The position numbers were made by a program, and so were the translations under genes. This document shows, piece after piece, positions 63,670 through 64,000 of a stretch of DNA of 64,000 nucleotides. The notes under the pieces are model-generated. The model was not told the origin of the DNA and did no database searches. It worked only from the letters and a program-made list of their open reading frames with translations. Position 1 is the stretch's first letter, and each line of letters starts with the position of its first letter. The DNA is from Mobula hypostoma (lineage: Eukaryota), in the NCBI RefSeq assembly GCF_963921235.1, contig NC_086109.1:9364001-9428000 (forward strand), in the 5' to 3' direction.

Positions 63670-64000
63670 GTTGGTTTTGTGCAGTTAATCACAATTATTT
63701 TGGTGAAAGTCTTAGATAGACTTTTTTATATAGACTTTTTTTCCCAACTACCTTATATTTTTGCCTGTAGCCACCTGGACTTGTGCTAACTGACCCTATT
63801 TACTTGAGGTCTTCCTGTATTCTAAGATTAGCTTTATTTGTCACATGTACATCGAAATATACAGTAAAATGTGTTGTTTGTGTTAAATTAAATCAATGAG
63901 GATTTTGCTGGGAGCAGCCTGCAAGTGTTGCCATGCTTCTGGTGCCAACAGAGCATGCTCACAACTCACTAATTTAAACCTGAATGTCCTTGGAATGTGG

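Noticed and set aside
63670..63719. ORF-track extension WFCAVNHNYFGESLR and the apparent start at 63483
   Set aside because: This is intron read-through past the GT donor at 63670. The GTG at 63483 is an internal Val after a splice acceptor, not a start codon.
1..64000. Prokaryotic operon, defence system or novel multi-gene system
   Set aside because: The sequence is intron-like vertebrate DNA with spliced exons and vertebrate TEs. There are no long intact ORFs or gene clusters.

Overview
Vertebrate genomic DNA, very probably from a cartilaginous fish such as a ray. This is inferred from abundant HE1/V-SINE-like, CR1, Rex1/Babar and Penelope-like repeats. The only supported host protein-coding sequence is the first two coding exons of an FRS2/FRS3-family FGF-receptor adaptor (61736-61801 and 63483-63669, + strand), which looks most like FRS3. 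The preceding ~61 kb is non-coding (5'-UTR introns or upstream sequence) and holds nested, decayed mobile elements: CR1, Rex1/Babar, RTE-tailed SINEs, Penelope-like elements, hAT-Charlie, Tc1, Tigger, Harbinger and a solo LTR. Nearly all listed ORFs are TE remnants or chance ORFs, and I find no novel protein-coding system. The most interesting signals are RNA-structural. (1) A three-copy RTE-tailed SINE has a TSD-defined 5' end that coincides with a predicted HDV-like ribozyme. (2) Two families of Penelope-like termini carry minimal hammerhead-ribozyme motifs, some arranged as fold-back pairs. (3) A Tigger-like element contains a 684-bp indel-free palindrome. (4) Two short local sequences have been copied in inverted orientation nearby. 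All family assignments come from motif recognition, not database searches, and repeat boundaries without a TSD are approximate.
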